A stretch of 62,959 nucleotides of DNA, the filler included, from Octopus bimaculoides (taxonomy: Eukaryota): assembly GCF_001194135.2 (NCBI RefSeq). It is 6 parts of 5 records of this genome, joined end to end, with 100 filler letters (N's around TTAATTAATTAA, not from the genome) between each part and the next. Parts side by side here need not be neighbours in the genome. Positions count along the whole stretch, not along the records: positions 46,829 to 52,936 come from NW_026435590.1; positions 53,037 to 57,127 come from NC_068982.1; positions 57,228 to 60,589 come from NC_068985.1; positions 60,690 to 62,959 come from NW_026350686.1; 2 more parts are not named here. One strand, written 5' to 3'. The notes beneath the pieces were generated by a model that saw nothing but the letters and a program-made list of their open reading frames with translations, had not been told where the DNA came from and did no database searches. Each line of letters opens with the position of its first letter. Position 1 is the first letter of the stretch. Positions 52,544 through 62,959 of the stretch are shown here, piece after piece. The translations under genes were made by a program, and so were the position numbers.

Positions 52544-54245
52544 ACACACATGCCGAACAAAACAGCCACAGCAAAGTACAAATGTGTTTTTCTTTCTAAA
52601 TAAAAATAATCACATCAGTTTTGCGAATGCCATGTTTGAAATAAACATTAAATAGTCAAGAAACATTTTGCCTTATCTTAGAATGTCTAAGAAAAGAAAA
52701 AACAAAACCATTTATTATCTGACAAAGGTCGTGGTAAAGCTGACCTTTGGAGAAGGCGCAAGTTTCTAATTAAAACAATATGGCGGGAAATTCTGTGATA
52801 TTCTAACTGTTAAAGATTTATGGATAGAAAACTACATAGATATTAGATTCCCTTCCTTACATATGAGAAAGAGAGTGGGAGAGAGAATGAGAGAAGGGGA
52901 GGAAGAAGGATAGTGAGAGGGTGGTGGTGGTGGTGGNNNNNNNNNNNNNNNNNNNNNNNNNNNNNNNNNNNNNNNNNNNNTTAATTAATTAANNNNNNNN
53001 NNNNNNNNNNNNNNNNNNNNNNNNNNNNNNNNNNNNCTGGACGCTCAGGAAAGGAAAGAAAAGAAAGAGGATTTCACGTTTCGAGCAAGTTTATGTGTGT
53101 GAACATACATACACACACCTTCATATTTATCATGAATTGCAATCATCTTCCATTGGAATTCTCTTTTTTTCTTTTCCTCCTCCATCGTTACATCTCTCAC
53201 CTGATTTTCTTCATTTTATAGTTTTATATTAAACACCTAAATATGCTGATATAAAATAATCTATTTTAAGAGTAAATTTTGGTGTGAATACTTAAATATC
53301 ATGTTTAATACAAATAACTTTGGATGGTAAAAAGTTTGAAGCCTATTCTCTTTGGGTCCTACAAATAGCCATCGACAGTTTTTCAATCTAAGCTTCTTTT
53401 TTTAACACAGTATATTACCTGCTGTTATAGTTGTAGCCATTTTGTGACTCACCGTTAAAATTGTTTGTTTCACATATTCTCGAAGATTCAATATTTTAAT
53501 GATGTAAACATACTTTTATACTAATCATATACAGAATGATAATTTTCTCTGATATACTTATTCTTTTCATATAAAGAATACAAACATTTCCTCCGAAGTA
53601 GCACCCACACTTTCTTTCGTGTCGTTTCATTATAGAATTACCATATCAAAGTCATAGAGACATATGAGTCATAAATACTGAGAACTGCGTAGGCTGAGTC
53701 TACCTTTAGCTATATGGTTTCTTCTTGTGCCTATCAAGCTGTTTGTAGCACCTCCGTAAACATAACATCTCTTCTGCCTATGATCTGTTCACACTGCTAT
53801 TTTTATTTCAGTTGTGATTGTCACTCAGAAAAGTACTTTGAAATGTTCATATGAACGTCATGAAGACTGGTTGAAAAGTAACGGTAGAATGGTTAAAACA
53901 AACTGCATCGTCAGCACTTTCATTCGTATTTACTCAGTAACTAAAATTCTTCTCTTTTGAAACTCTTAACTTACATATGTCTAAAAGAATTCTAAAATAT
54001 AGAATTGTTGAATCCTTCTTCTTTTATCTTCTATTTGTTTTACTCATGGGATTTCGACCAAGCTGGGGCACCGCCTTAAAGGATTTAGTCGAAAAACATC
54101 GACCCAAGTACTTATAATGCTTTTTAAAGTCTGCTACTTATTCCATCGGCTTATTTTTCAAACACAGCTATGTTACCGGCATACAAATAAGCCAACAACG
54201 ACAGTCAAGTTGTGGCTGAGGGTTAAAAACGAAGATACACACACA

Positions 54246-54289
<44 letters not shown>

Positions 54290-54505
54290 NNNNNNNNNNN
54301 NNNNNNNNNNNNNNNNNNNNNNNNNNNNNNNNNNNNNNNNNNNNNNNNNNNNNNNNNNNNNNNNNNNNNNNNNNNNNNNNNNNNNNNNNNNNNNNNNNNN
54401 NNNNNNNNNNNNNNNNNNNNNNNNNNNNNNNNNNNNNNNNNNNNNNNNNNNNNNNNNNNNNNNNNNNNNNNNNNNNNNNNNNNNNNNNNNNNNNNNNNNN
54501 NNNNN

Positions 54506-54561
<56 letters not shown>

Positions 54562-54952
54562 TAAACAAATCAGAAAATCTTTGTAAGCTACGAGTGAGCT
54601 CATATATACGTATATTTGGATGCACTCCACGCGCGACAATTATTCCATTCAGATTTCGACTCTTATTGTTAATTGCCTTAAACTCCCACCGTTGCATATT
54701 CACGCGGTGTCCTGCGCAGACTGAGGTGGACTATAACGTAATATAAAGAGTACATCAATAATAACAGAACTTAGTACTTCTTTATTTCATCCGTTATATA
54801 TGTTTAATATTTGATAACACATGCTGTCACACTATAAATGCAATCCGTTTGCTGCAGTTCGCAAGAGAAGCACCCACAGATACTGAAACATATGTAATAG
54901 ATGAAATAAAGGAGTACGAAGTTCAAGCCCATGTTCTTTTTTCTATCATTAT

Positions 54953-55010
<58 letters not shown>
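54953..55010. repeat. (ATAG)n microsatellite
   Basis: Direct reading. Confidence 0.95.
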
Positions 55011-55011
<1 letters not shown>

Positions 55012-57058
55012 TTCGTTCGTCCGCTTTTCCATGCTATCATTTCAAAAATATCGATTGTGCTTCTCAATTAAAATTTAAAATATTCATTAGTCAATTATGC
55101 TCGACTACAGTTTTCCTGAGACAAGTGTTATTGATTGAATCGATCCAGTACTTAGCTGGAGACATTTTCCAACCGACCTCGGAAGGATGAAATGTAAAAA
55201 TAATAGCGATGAGATTTTATACTCAGTGCGTAAACGAACGTACTTGAGTACTGAAAAGATTTTTGCCTGGCGCTCTGCCACAATTTCTCTTGCTAAATAA
55301 TTAAACAAATAAAGTCAAGGTATGGAATACACCAAATAAACCAAAATCGCCATTGTTATTGTAAGAAACCTTAAACAACTGTGTCCCAGGAACGTTGTTT
55401 TCCATCATTATTTTCGTCCTTGGGTTGTCACTGTCCCTCTGAAATAATGCAGCACATTTTATGCTGGTACGCCAGTAACTTGCCTTTGAATATATTATAA
55501 ACTAGCGAATATAAACTAGTTTCATTTCGCAGCAAATTTTTCGGTACGTTTTCATAAATACAACTACGTACTACATAGTATTCTTCTGTTCTATGTTCGT
55601 CAGTTGTTATTGTAAGACTCTTAATTATGTTTATTGTATTCTATTGAGATACATGAGGAATAAAAATTAAGATATAAAGCATGTAACTACCTGAACAGAT
55701 ACGATATTAACTACCCATTCAGAGACACCTGGATTCCGATAAAGTAGTCAGCCTATCTGTTTCAGAGAGTTACTGATCAGAGTTATAAACAGTAGAGGCG
55801 TTCTATAAGTGAATAATATTTCAATAGTCTGGAATACTGAGCTCAGATCTTTCCATGGGCCAAATAACTTTCCTGGCTTCACTTAGCAAGATATATAATG
55901 ATGTCAATAACGAATACTTTTACATCTTACTTATGATCATTGAGGTGCAAGTATGGCCGTTTGGCTAAGAAGGTCATTTCACAATTATTTGGTTCCATGT
56001 TCCATTCTTTCTGTGCGGCTCTGATATCAACAGATTTTCGTCATAGCTTCAGGTTGACTAAAGCCTTCTAGGATAAATATGGTAGGTGCAAACTGTGGAG
56101 AAGCCCCGCGGGTGAGAGACCGTTTCGGAAGTGATGTGCTTAGTCCATCGTCCGATAAAGCACCCACACCTTCTGGACTTCGGGTGTCTTTTAACAGATA
56201 TCAGTCTCTTGCAAGCTTCTGGGTCTGTTCAACCGCCTGAGGATGACTTCATCCCTTCCTATCGCCAAATCATGGCGATTCTTAAAAGGTTCTTGGGCAC
56301 TACAGTTCCTTCTCTGAATATGTCCATAGAAAAAAGCGATCAAATGATAGGCTACGACAAAAAAAAAAACCTGCCAACACTTTTGTGAAATTATATGAGG
56401 CTGATTAAATTTGACATTAAAAGCAACAAATCTTTCATCATTACGACCAACAATGCGACACCATTTCCATTTCCAATATTATAATTTAAGTAATTTGCTG
56501 ACTAAGTTTTATCGAATGTTAATCACTTCCGGGAAATGTTAATCAACTCAGCATGTCTGGTTTCTGGATTAATGAATGAAACAAAAATAAAAGCCGTTAT
56601 AAACCAACAAGTTAGAAATATAATATCTAGCATGGTGGAAGCTGTCTTGCATTAAAGGGTGACTTTTTGCTGAAGTTTAGTAATATCTCCTTACGTAATG
56701 GCAGAAACTTAAGTTGACATCTTTGAAATGTTACAGTTTAGTCTACATATCTACACTCGTCTGTATATGTGTGTGTATAAGAATATACATATGATCATAT
56801 CTACACTTGCCTATGCATATGTGTGTATGATTATAATTATATGCATATAATTTTCTTTATAGACGAATGTATGTACATGTATAAGCAGGGATTTTTGCTT
56901 TTGAATAACTATGTGTATGGACGTATATACGCACATATGTAATAATATATATAAACATGTGTATATATGCGTGTGAGTGTGTGTGTGTGTATGTGTGTGT
57001 GCATATTCATTTACATAAATATAATATATACACATGCGTACGTATGCATACAAGTATT

Positions 57059-57127
<69 letters not shown>

Positions 57128-57309
57128 NNNNNNNNNNNNNNNNNNNNNNNNNNNNNNNNNNNNNNNNNNNNTTAATTAATTAANNNNNNNNNNNNNNNNN
57201 NNNNNNNNNNNNNNNNNNNNNNNNNNNAAACTGTTTTGATCCATACATGTACCTCCCAATAAATTTGTTGAGTGCTCTTCTTTTCTTTGTCCACTCACTC
57301 ATATGTATA

Positions 57310-57475
57310 TACCGTATCTTAACATGTATAAGAAACCATTTTTTGTCAAAAATTAGGTTAAAAAAATATGGGGGTTTCTTATACATGGATAGTATTATAA
57401 TCCTTTACAAAACTTTCTTTCCAAATTTTAGGTCCCAAAAATTAGGGGTTTCCTTATACACATGAAAATACAGTG
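57310..57475. mobile_element. Short Tc1/pogo-type MITE with imperfect ~25-bp TIRs
   Basis: Left end TACCGTATCTTAACATGTATAAGAAACC; right end reverse complement CACTGTATTTTCATGTGTATAAGGAAACC. This resembles TACCGTATTTT..CGTGTATAAG-type TIRs. Confidence 0.5.
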
Positions 57476-57489
57476 TGTGTGTATATACA

Positions 57490-57990
57490 CTTTTTACTCT
57501 TTTACTTGTTTCAGTCTTTTTGACTGTGGCCATGCTGGAGCACCGCCTTTAGTCGAGCAAATCGACCCCATGACTTATTCTTTGGAAGCCTAGTACTTAT
57601 TCTATCGGTCTCTTTTTGCTGAACCGTTAAGTTACGGGGACATAAACACACCAGCATCGGTTGTCAAGCGATGTTGGGGGGACAAACACAGACACACACA
57701 CACATATATATATACATATATACGACAGGCTTCTTTCAGTTTCCGTCTACCAAATCCACTCACAAGGCTTTGGTCGGCCCGAGGCTATAGTAGAAGACAC
57801 TTGCCCAAGATACCACGCAGTGGGACTGAACCCGGGACCTTGTGGTTGGTAAGCAATGGGTTTTTTTCAGTTCCAGTTTACCAAATCTACTCACAAGGCT
57901 ATAGTAGGAGACACTTGCCCAAGTTTCCATGCAGTGGAACTGAACCTGAAATTATGTGGTTGGGAAGCAAACTTCTTAACCATATACCCA
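57490..57990 (-). mobile_element. tRNA-derived SINE with a partial second head segment
   Basis: Matches 38910-39313; 57860-57990 repeats the TTTCAGTT..TACCAAATC.ACTCACAAGGCT...GAACC portion. Confidence 0.9.
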
Positions 57991-58119
57991 TACCAGCCAC
58001 AGGATCAATAACTGGAGTTTAGTCATTTCATCAAAATCTAATTCATATTTATATGAAAATGTACTTAGCAGAGAATTTCTATCAAACAAAAGCAACCAAT
58101 AGAAAGACATGGCACTTAC

Positions 58120-58201
58120 CGCCAGGAATGGTAGCTCTTATGATTCCTGACAATCCATCTGAGATTAGCAATAATTCATGGACACCGTTCTTGGTAAAAA
58201 G
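58120..58201 (-). CDS. GLB1L2-like: Next exon of the same GH35 beta-galactosidase gene
   Basis: Minus strand tatcttttcag|CTT TTT ACC AAG...CCT GGC G|gtaagt, 82 nt, phase 0 start (matches the previous exon) and phase 1 end. Encodes LFTKNGVHELLLISDGLSGIIRATIPG, matching the GLB1L-type xLxxxGIxELLLTSD segment that follows the ENE exon. Confidence 0.88.
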
Positions 58202-58438
58202 CTGAAAAGATATTAAACACCACAATAACATACTATTCTAATTTCAACTAATTCATTTATTTGTTGCACTTTAAACAACACACACATTTAGGGTTATAGT
58301 CTAGAAAAGGGGTTCGTTAAGTGGTCAACATTGACCCTAGGAAGTAGGGTGGGGGGCTTAAAGCTATGCTAGAGGTTGATATTCCAATAATACCAATTTA
58401 ATATGATTGAATTTTTATTGTCCTTTATCAATTATGTA

Positions 58439-58857
58439 TACTCTTTTACTTGTTTCAGTCATTTGACTGCGGCCATGCTGGAGCACTGCCTGTAGTCGAG
58501 CAAATCGACCCCAGAACTTATTCTTTGGAAGCCTAGCACTTATTCTATCGGTCTCTTTTGCCGAACCGCTAAGTTATAGGGATGTAAACACACCACCATC
58601 GGTTGTCAAGCGATGTTGTGGGGGGGGGGGGACAAACAGACACACAAACATATACACACACAAACATATACACACACATACATATATGTATACATATATA
58701 CGACGGGCTTCTTTCAGTTTCCGTCTACCAAATCCACTCACAAGGCTTTGGTCGGCCTGAGACTATAGTAGAAGACACTTGCCCAAGGTGCCACGCAGTG
58801 GGAATGAACCGGAACCATGTGGTTGGTAAGCAAGCTACTTACCACACAGTCACTCCT
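58439..58857 (-). mobile_element. Full-length tRNA-derived SINE in the GH35 intron
   Basis: Near-identical to 38910-39313. Confidence 0.92.
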
Positions 58858-59170
58858 TAAACTCATTAAATATTTCTAATTAAAAGGTAGTAATAACACA
58901 AAAGAACAGAAAGATTATTGTCTTACAATTACGAAATTTATTTATTATACATCTGAATTTTATTTTAAAAATTTAGATAATGGGGACCAATAAGTAATCA
59001 ACAATTCCATGAAGTGGGGCCATGACATAAAGTGTTTTCCAGCCTCTGGTCTAAAGGACATGGTGATATATGTCCTGCCTACTTTCAGAGATATTTTCAG
59101 GAGCAGGCAATGCCATACAGTTAAAACGTCTGCTCCACAATCTTAGTCAGAAAAGGAAGAGCAACACCCA

Positions 59171-59248
59171 CTTTTGATCGGTCAGTACCTTGTAGGCTTT
59201 TGATTGGTCAGTACCTTGTAGGCTTTTGATTGGTCATTACCTTGTAGG
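59171..59248. repeat. 26-bp tandem repeat, 3 copies
   Basis: CTTTTGAT(C/T)GGTCA(G/T)TACCTTGTAGG at 59171, 59197 and 59223. Confidence 0.95.
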
Positions 59249-60238
59249 AAAAACTGAGCAATGAAAATTGATTAATGGCCTATGAGATGGACTGTACCTA
59301 TCCAGCAAAGGGATTCTAGTATCATGTAATGTTTGCATCTTAGGGATTGCAACAATATCTTTTCATACTTGCACTGTACTGACTGTGATGTCTTATAGTA
59401 TTTACACCCTGTCTCCTAGGTTGTGGTCGTTTTAGCTCCAAATCAGCATTGATCGAGCAGACCTAATATCAAAGGCTCTCCAGCCATGACCTTCCCATGT
59501 TTATTTGTATTTCAGGGCGTATGTATTCAAATACATTCTTTCTAGTTTTGGATTGTAACCTTTGATTTGAGAGAAACTTGATTGTTATTTCTAGCAAGCT
59601 GAATGAGTGTGATGATGACAATGATGATGGTGGGGTACAGAACCAGCATGATGCAGTGGGGTTAAAACCAGCATATGCTGTCAGTCCCTGCTGCTGATAT
59701 TGGGGGTTTGCTTTCTATGCCTTGATCCAAGCATAGGATGGGGCTCGCCTTTTTGAGCTGGGAAATGAATGGAATGCATGGTGTGTGTCTTGTTGTGGCT
59801 ACCTCCTCCTATGGGGAATTTAGGCCTTGGAAGCTGGGTAACCAGCCCTAAGGCATCTTAGGACTGAAGACAGTACTTTTGTACCCCTCAGTTGAAAGGT
59901 CTTATCTTGTGAGTTACTTGGTGATCTCATGAGTTACTTGGTGGTTAGTGTTAGGAAGGGCATCCGGCCAGACAAAACCACGTCATACAGACAGTGGAGC
60001 TCTCTGGTTCACCAGCACCTGTTTAATCATCTAATCCATGCCAGCATGGAAAATGGATGTTAAATAGTAATGATGATAATAACTATAGTGTCTAAGTTAC
60101 ATGGTGTGATTTTGAGCAAGATTTGGCTGCTATTTCTATTGTTTGATTAACATGTCAATACGTGTTCAAACTTATTGTACATGTTTCATACATTTTAAAC
60201 ACTCCCCATAATGGACAGAAAATAAAACAAGGACTGAC

Positions 60239-60331
60239 CTCTCGTAGGTTTTCCAGGTGTTGCACCTCATTACTGAAGGAACCAAATTCATTCTCTAGTT
60301 GAAAAGCTATGATGGGTCCACCATAGAAATA
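60239..60331 (-). CDS. GLB1L2-like: Internal exon of a GH35 beta-galactosidase (GLB1-like) gene containing the catalytic acid/base motif
   Basis: Minus strand reads ...gtgttgcag|TAT TTC TAT GGT...CTA CGA GAG|gtcagt, 93 nt, phase 0/0, encoding YFYGGPIIAFQLENEFGSFSNEVQHLENLRE. GGPIIAxQxENE(Y/F)G is the hallmark GH35 motif. As I recall, the vertebrate GLB1L2/3 exon YKRGGPIIAVQVENEYGSY... has the same length; the exact orthologue is not determinable here. Confidence 0.93.
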
Positions 60332-62359
60332 CTGCAACACAAGATAGAGTTTTAGATCAATGGAATGTAGAAATAGTGAGTGGTAGTAATAGCACTCCCT
60401 CCTCGTCAACACCCTCTCATAAGCTCATCCCACCACACCCCAACACACTCCTACTCTACCTTCCCACTCCACCCCATCCAATTCCTTACACCCACCACCC
60501 ACCCCTACCCACAGACCCCTACCTCTACCCCACCCTAAACCTAACCCACACTCCACCCATGCCTTCCCCACCTCCCAACACCCTCACATNNNNNNNNNNN
60601 NNNNNNNNNNNNNNNNNNNNNNNNNNNNNNNNNTTAATTAATTAANNNNNNNNNNNNNNNNNNNNNNNNNNNNNNNNNNNNNNNNNNNNGAGGACGAATA
60701 AATAACTAATGAAGAAAGCGGTGAGATAAGTAAATGACAGGCTAGAATGTCATGAGATCATACGGGGATGGTTGTGACGTCATTCCATCTCTGATTGTGT
60801 GACGGTGTCACAGCTTTGAGATGTGATAAGCGACAGAGGGGAGCGTAACACACAACGGGCGATCTGTAAAATTGACCAATAAATTCAAGCAAATTTTTCT
60901 ATCAAACTGCTTCCTATGGCGACCCCAAGCGGTGCCAATTATGCAAGATTTTACTTGTTTATGTTTGTTTGATTCTATTTGTTTTATTGTTTTAGTTCGA
61001 CATTTTATTTACTTTATGCTGTTCACTTTTGTTTATCTTTTCGTTTGTTTATTGTAATTTTTATTCCCTTCTTCGTGTTTTCGTTTTGGGAGACAGTGTG
61101 GGGGGTTGATTCTTTATTTCATTCTTTCATTTTATATTTAGAGAGGTTAACTTTCCGGTACGTTTGTTTATTTTACTTTCAGTTTAATATGTGCTATTGT
61201 ATATATGCATATATGTATCTACACACACACACATACATACACACACACACATACTCAGAAATACATATATGGGCGTGAATATACATGTATATATACATAT
61301 ATATATATAGCCACACACACATGATATTATATATATATATTTATATTATATTATATTATATTATATATATATATATANNNNNNNNNNNNNNNNNNNNNNN
61401 NNNNNNNNNNNNNNNNNNNNNNNNNNNNNNNNNNNNNNNNNNNNNNNNNNNNNNNNNNNNNNNNNNNNNNNNNNNNNNNNNNNNNNNNNNNNNNNNNNNN
61501 NNNNNNNNNNNNNNNNNNNNNNNNNNNNNNNNNNNNNNNNNNNNNNNNNNNNNNNNNNNNNNNNNNNNNNNNNNNNNNNNNNNNNNNNNNNNNNNNNNNN
61601 NNNNNNNNNNNNNNNNNNNNNNNNNNNNNNNNNNNNNNNNNNNNNNNNNNNNNNNNNNNNNNNNNNNNNNNNNNNNNNNNNNNNNNNNNNNNNNNNNNNN
61701 NNNNNNNNNNNNNNNNNNNNNNNNNNNNNNNNNNNNNNNNNNNNNNNNNNNNNNNNNNNNNNNNNNNNNNNNNNNNNNNNNNNNNNNNNNNNNNNNNNNN
61801 NNNNNNNNNNNNNNNNNNNNNNNNNNNNNNNNNNNNNNNNNNNNNNNNNNNNNNNNNNNNNNNNNNNNNNNNNNNNNNNNNNNNNNNNNNNNNNNNNNNN
61901 NNNNNNNNNNNNNNNNNNNNNNNNNNNNNNNNNNNNNNNNNNNNNNNNNNNNNNNNNNNNNNNNNNNNNNNNNNNNNNNNNNNNNNNNNNNNNNNNNNNN
62001 NNNNNNNNNNNNNNNNNNNNNNNNNNNNNNNNNNNNNNNNNNNNNNNNNNNNNNNNNNNNNNNNNNNNNNNNNNNNNNNNNNNNNNNNNNNNNNNNNNNN
62101 NNNNNNNNNNNNNNNNNNNNNNNNNNNNNNNNNNNNNNNNNNNNNNNNNNNNNNNNNNNNNNNNNNNNNNNNNNNNNNNNNNNNNNNNNNNNNNNNNNNN
62201 NNNNNNNNNNNNNNNNNNNNNNNNNNNNNNNNNNNNNNNNNNNNNNNNNNNNNNNNNNNNNNNNNNNNNNNNNNNNNNNNNNNNNNNNNNNNNNNNNNNN
62301 NNNNNNNNNNNNNNNNNNNTATATATATATTATACTATAATATAATGCTTGTGTTCTTT

Positions 62360-62640
62360 GTAAACCGAATACTTATTCTATCGTTGCCGAACCGCTAAGG
62401 TACGGAGACGTAAACACACCAACATCGGTTGTCAAGTGATGTTGGGGGTGGGGGTAAATACAGACACGCAAACATATACACACACATACATATACATATA
62501 CACATATACGACGGGCTTCTTTCAGTTTCCGTCTACCAAATCCATTCACAAGACTTTGGCCGGCCAGAGGCTATAGTAAAAAAAACACTTGCCTAAGGTG
62601 CCACGCAGTGGGGCTGAACCCCGAACCATGTGGTTGGTAT
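62360..62640 (-). mobile_element. Partial tRNA-derived SINE
   Basis: Contains GACGGGCTTCTTTCAGTTTCCGTCTACCAAATCC...GGTGCCACGCAGTGGGGCTGAACCCCGAACCATGTGGTTGG, as in the other copies. Confidence 0.88.
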
Positions 62641-62959
62641 TTCAGAAAACAATTACAATAAACAATACATATGTATATTTTTGTTTCATTTCTACGGTTA
62701 ATTAAACTGCATATTTGAATTGAAATCTGTCCGGCATACGTTTCTGCAGCATAGACATCTGGCAATTGTATTTGCACCCAGTTTCATTCATCTGGTTAAG
62801 GCTCGACTCAGCTTTATTCAAGGTTTAGCCACAGTCGGAGTTTGAAGCGAACTAAGAGCTTATTGGTTTAGCTCTACCCGCCCTAATATGGAATGTATAT
62901 ATATGTGTGTGTATGTGGGAGAATATACGAAAAAACAACAACAGACGAGGACAGGTGGT

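Noticed and set aside
55310-55439. Minus-strand exon-like stretch RDSDNPRTKIMMENNVPGTQ... after a good acceptor, loosely like the GH35 PxxMENL motif
   Set aside because: The similarity is weak, it is out of order relative to the expected GH35 exons, and no other GH35 residues are conserved.
60798-60812. Palindrome TGTGAC-GGT-GTCACA suggestive of LTR ends
   Set aside because: Too short, with no paired LTR or internal retrotransposon sequence.

Overview
AT-rich, microsatellite-dense eukaryotic scaffold with many N gaps. The SINE families and repeat content suggest a cephalopod (Octopus-like) genome; this is inference. The only host gene I can support is a minus-strand glycoside hydrolase family 35 (beta-galactosidase, GLB1-like) gene, seen as two consecutive phase-compatible exons (60331-60239 and 58201-58120). 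The first carries the catalytic Q-x-ENE motif. I could not find its remaining exons. The rest is decayed mobile DNA: mariner pieces, a non-autonomous Helitron-like element, two Penelope-like GIY-YIG fragments, RTE-, CR1-like, Tx1/L1 and R4/Dong-type LINE fragments, several MITE/foldback elements and at least two SINE families. The most interesting structures are a 3' tail shared by a LINE and the dominant SINE, RLE-LINE pieces stacked at (AAT)n arrays, a 64-bp minisatellite made from LINE endonuclease sequence, a tail-to-tail mariner fusion, a ~750-bp near-perfect hairpin and a perfect 26-bp inverted duplication around a rearranged Tx1 segment. I see no convincing new protein-coding system. 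Nearly all long ORFs in the supplied track are microsatellite or N-gap artefacts.
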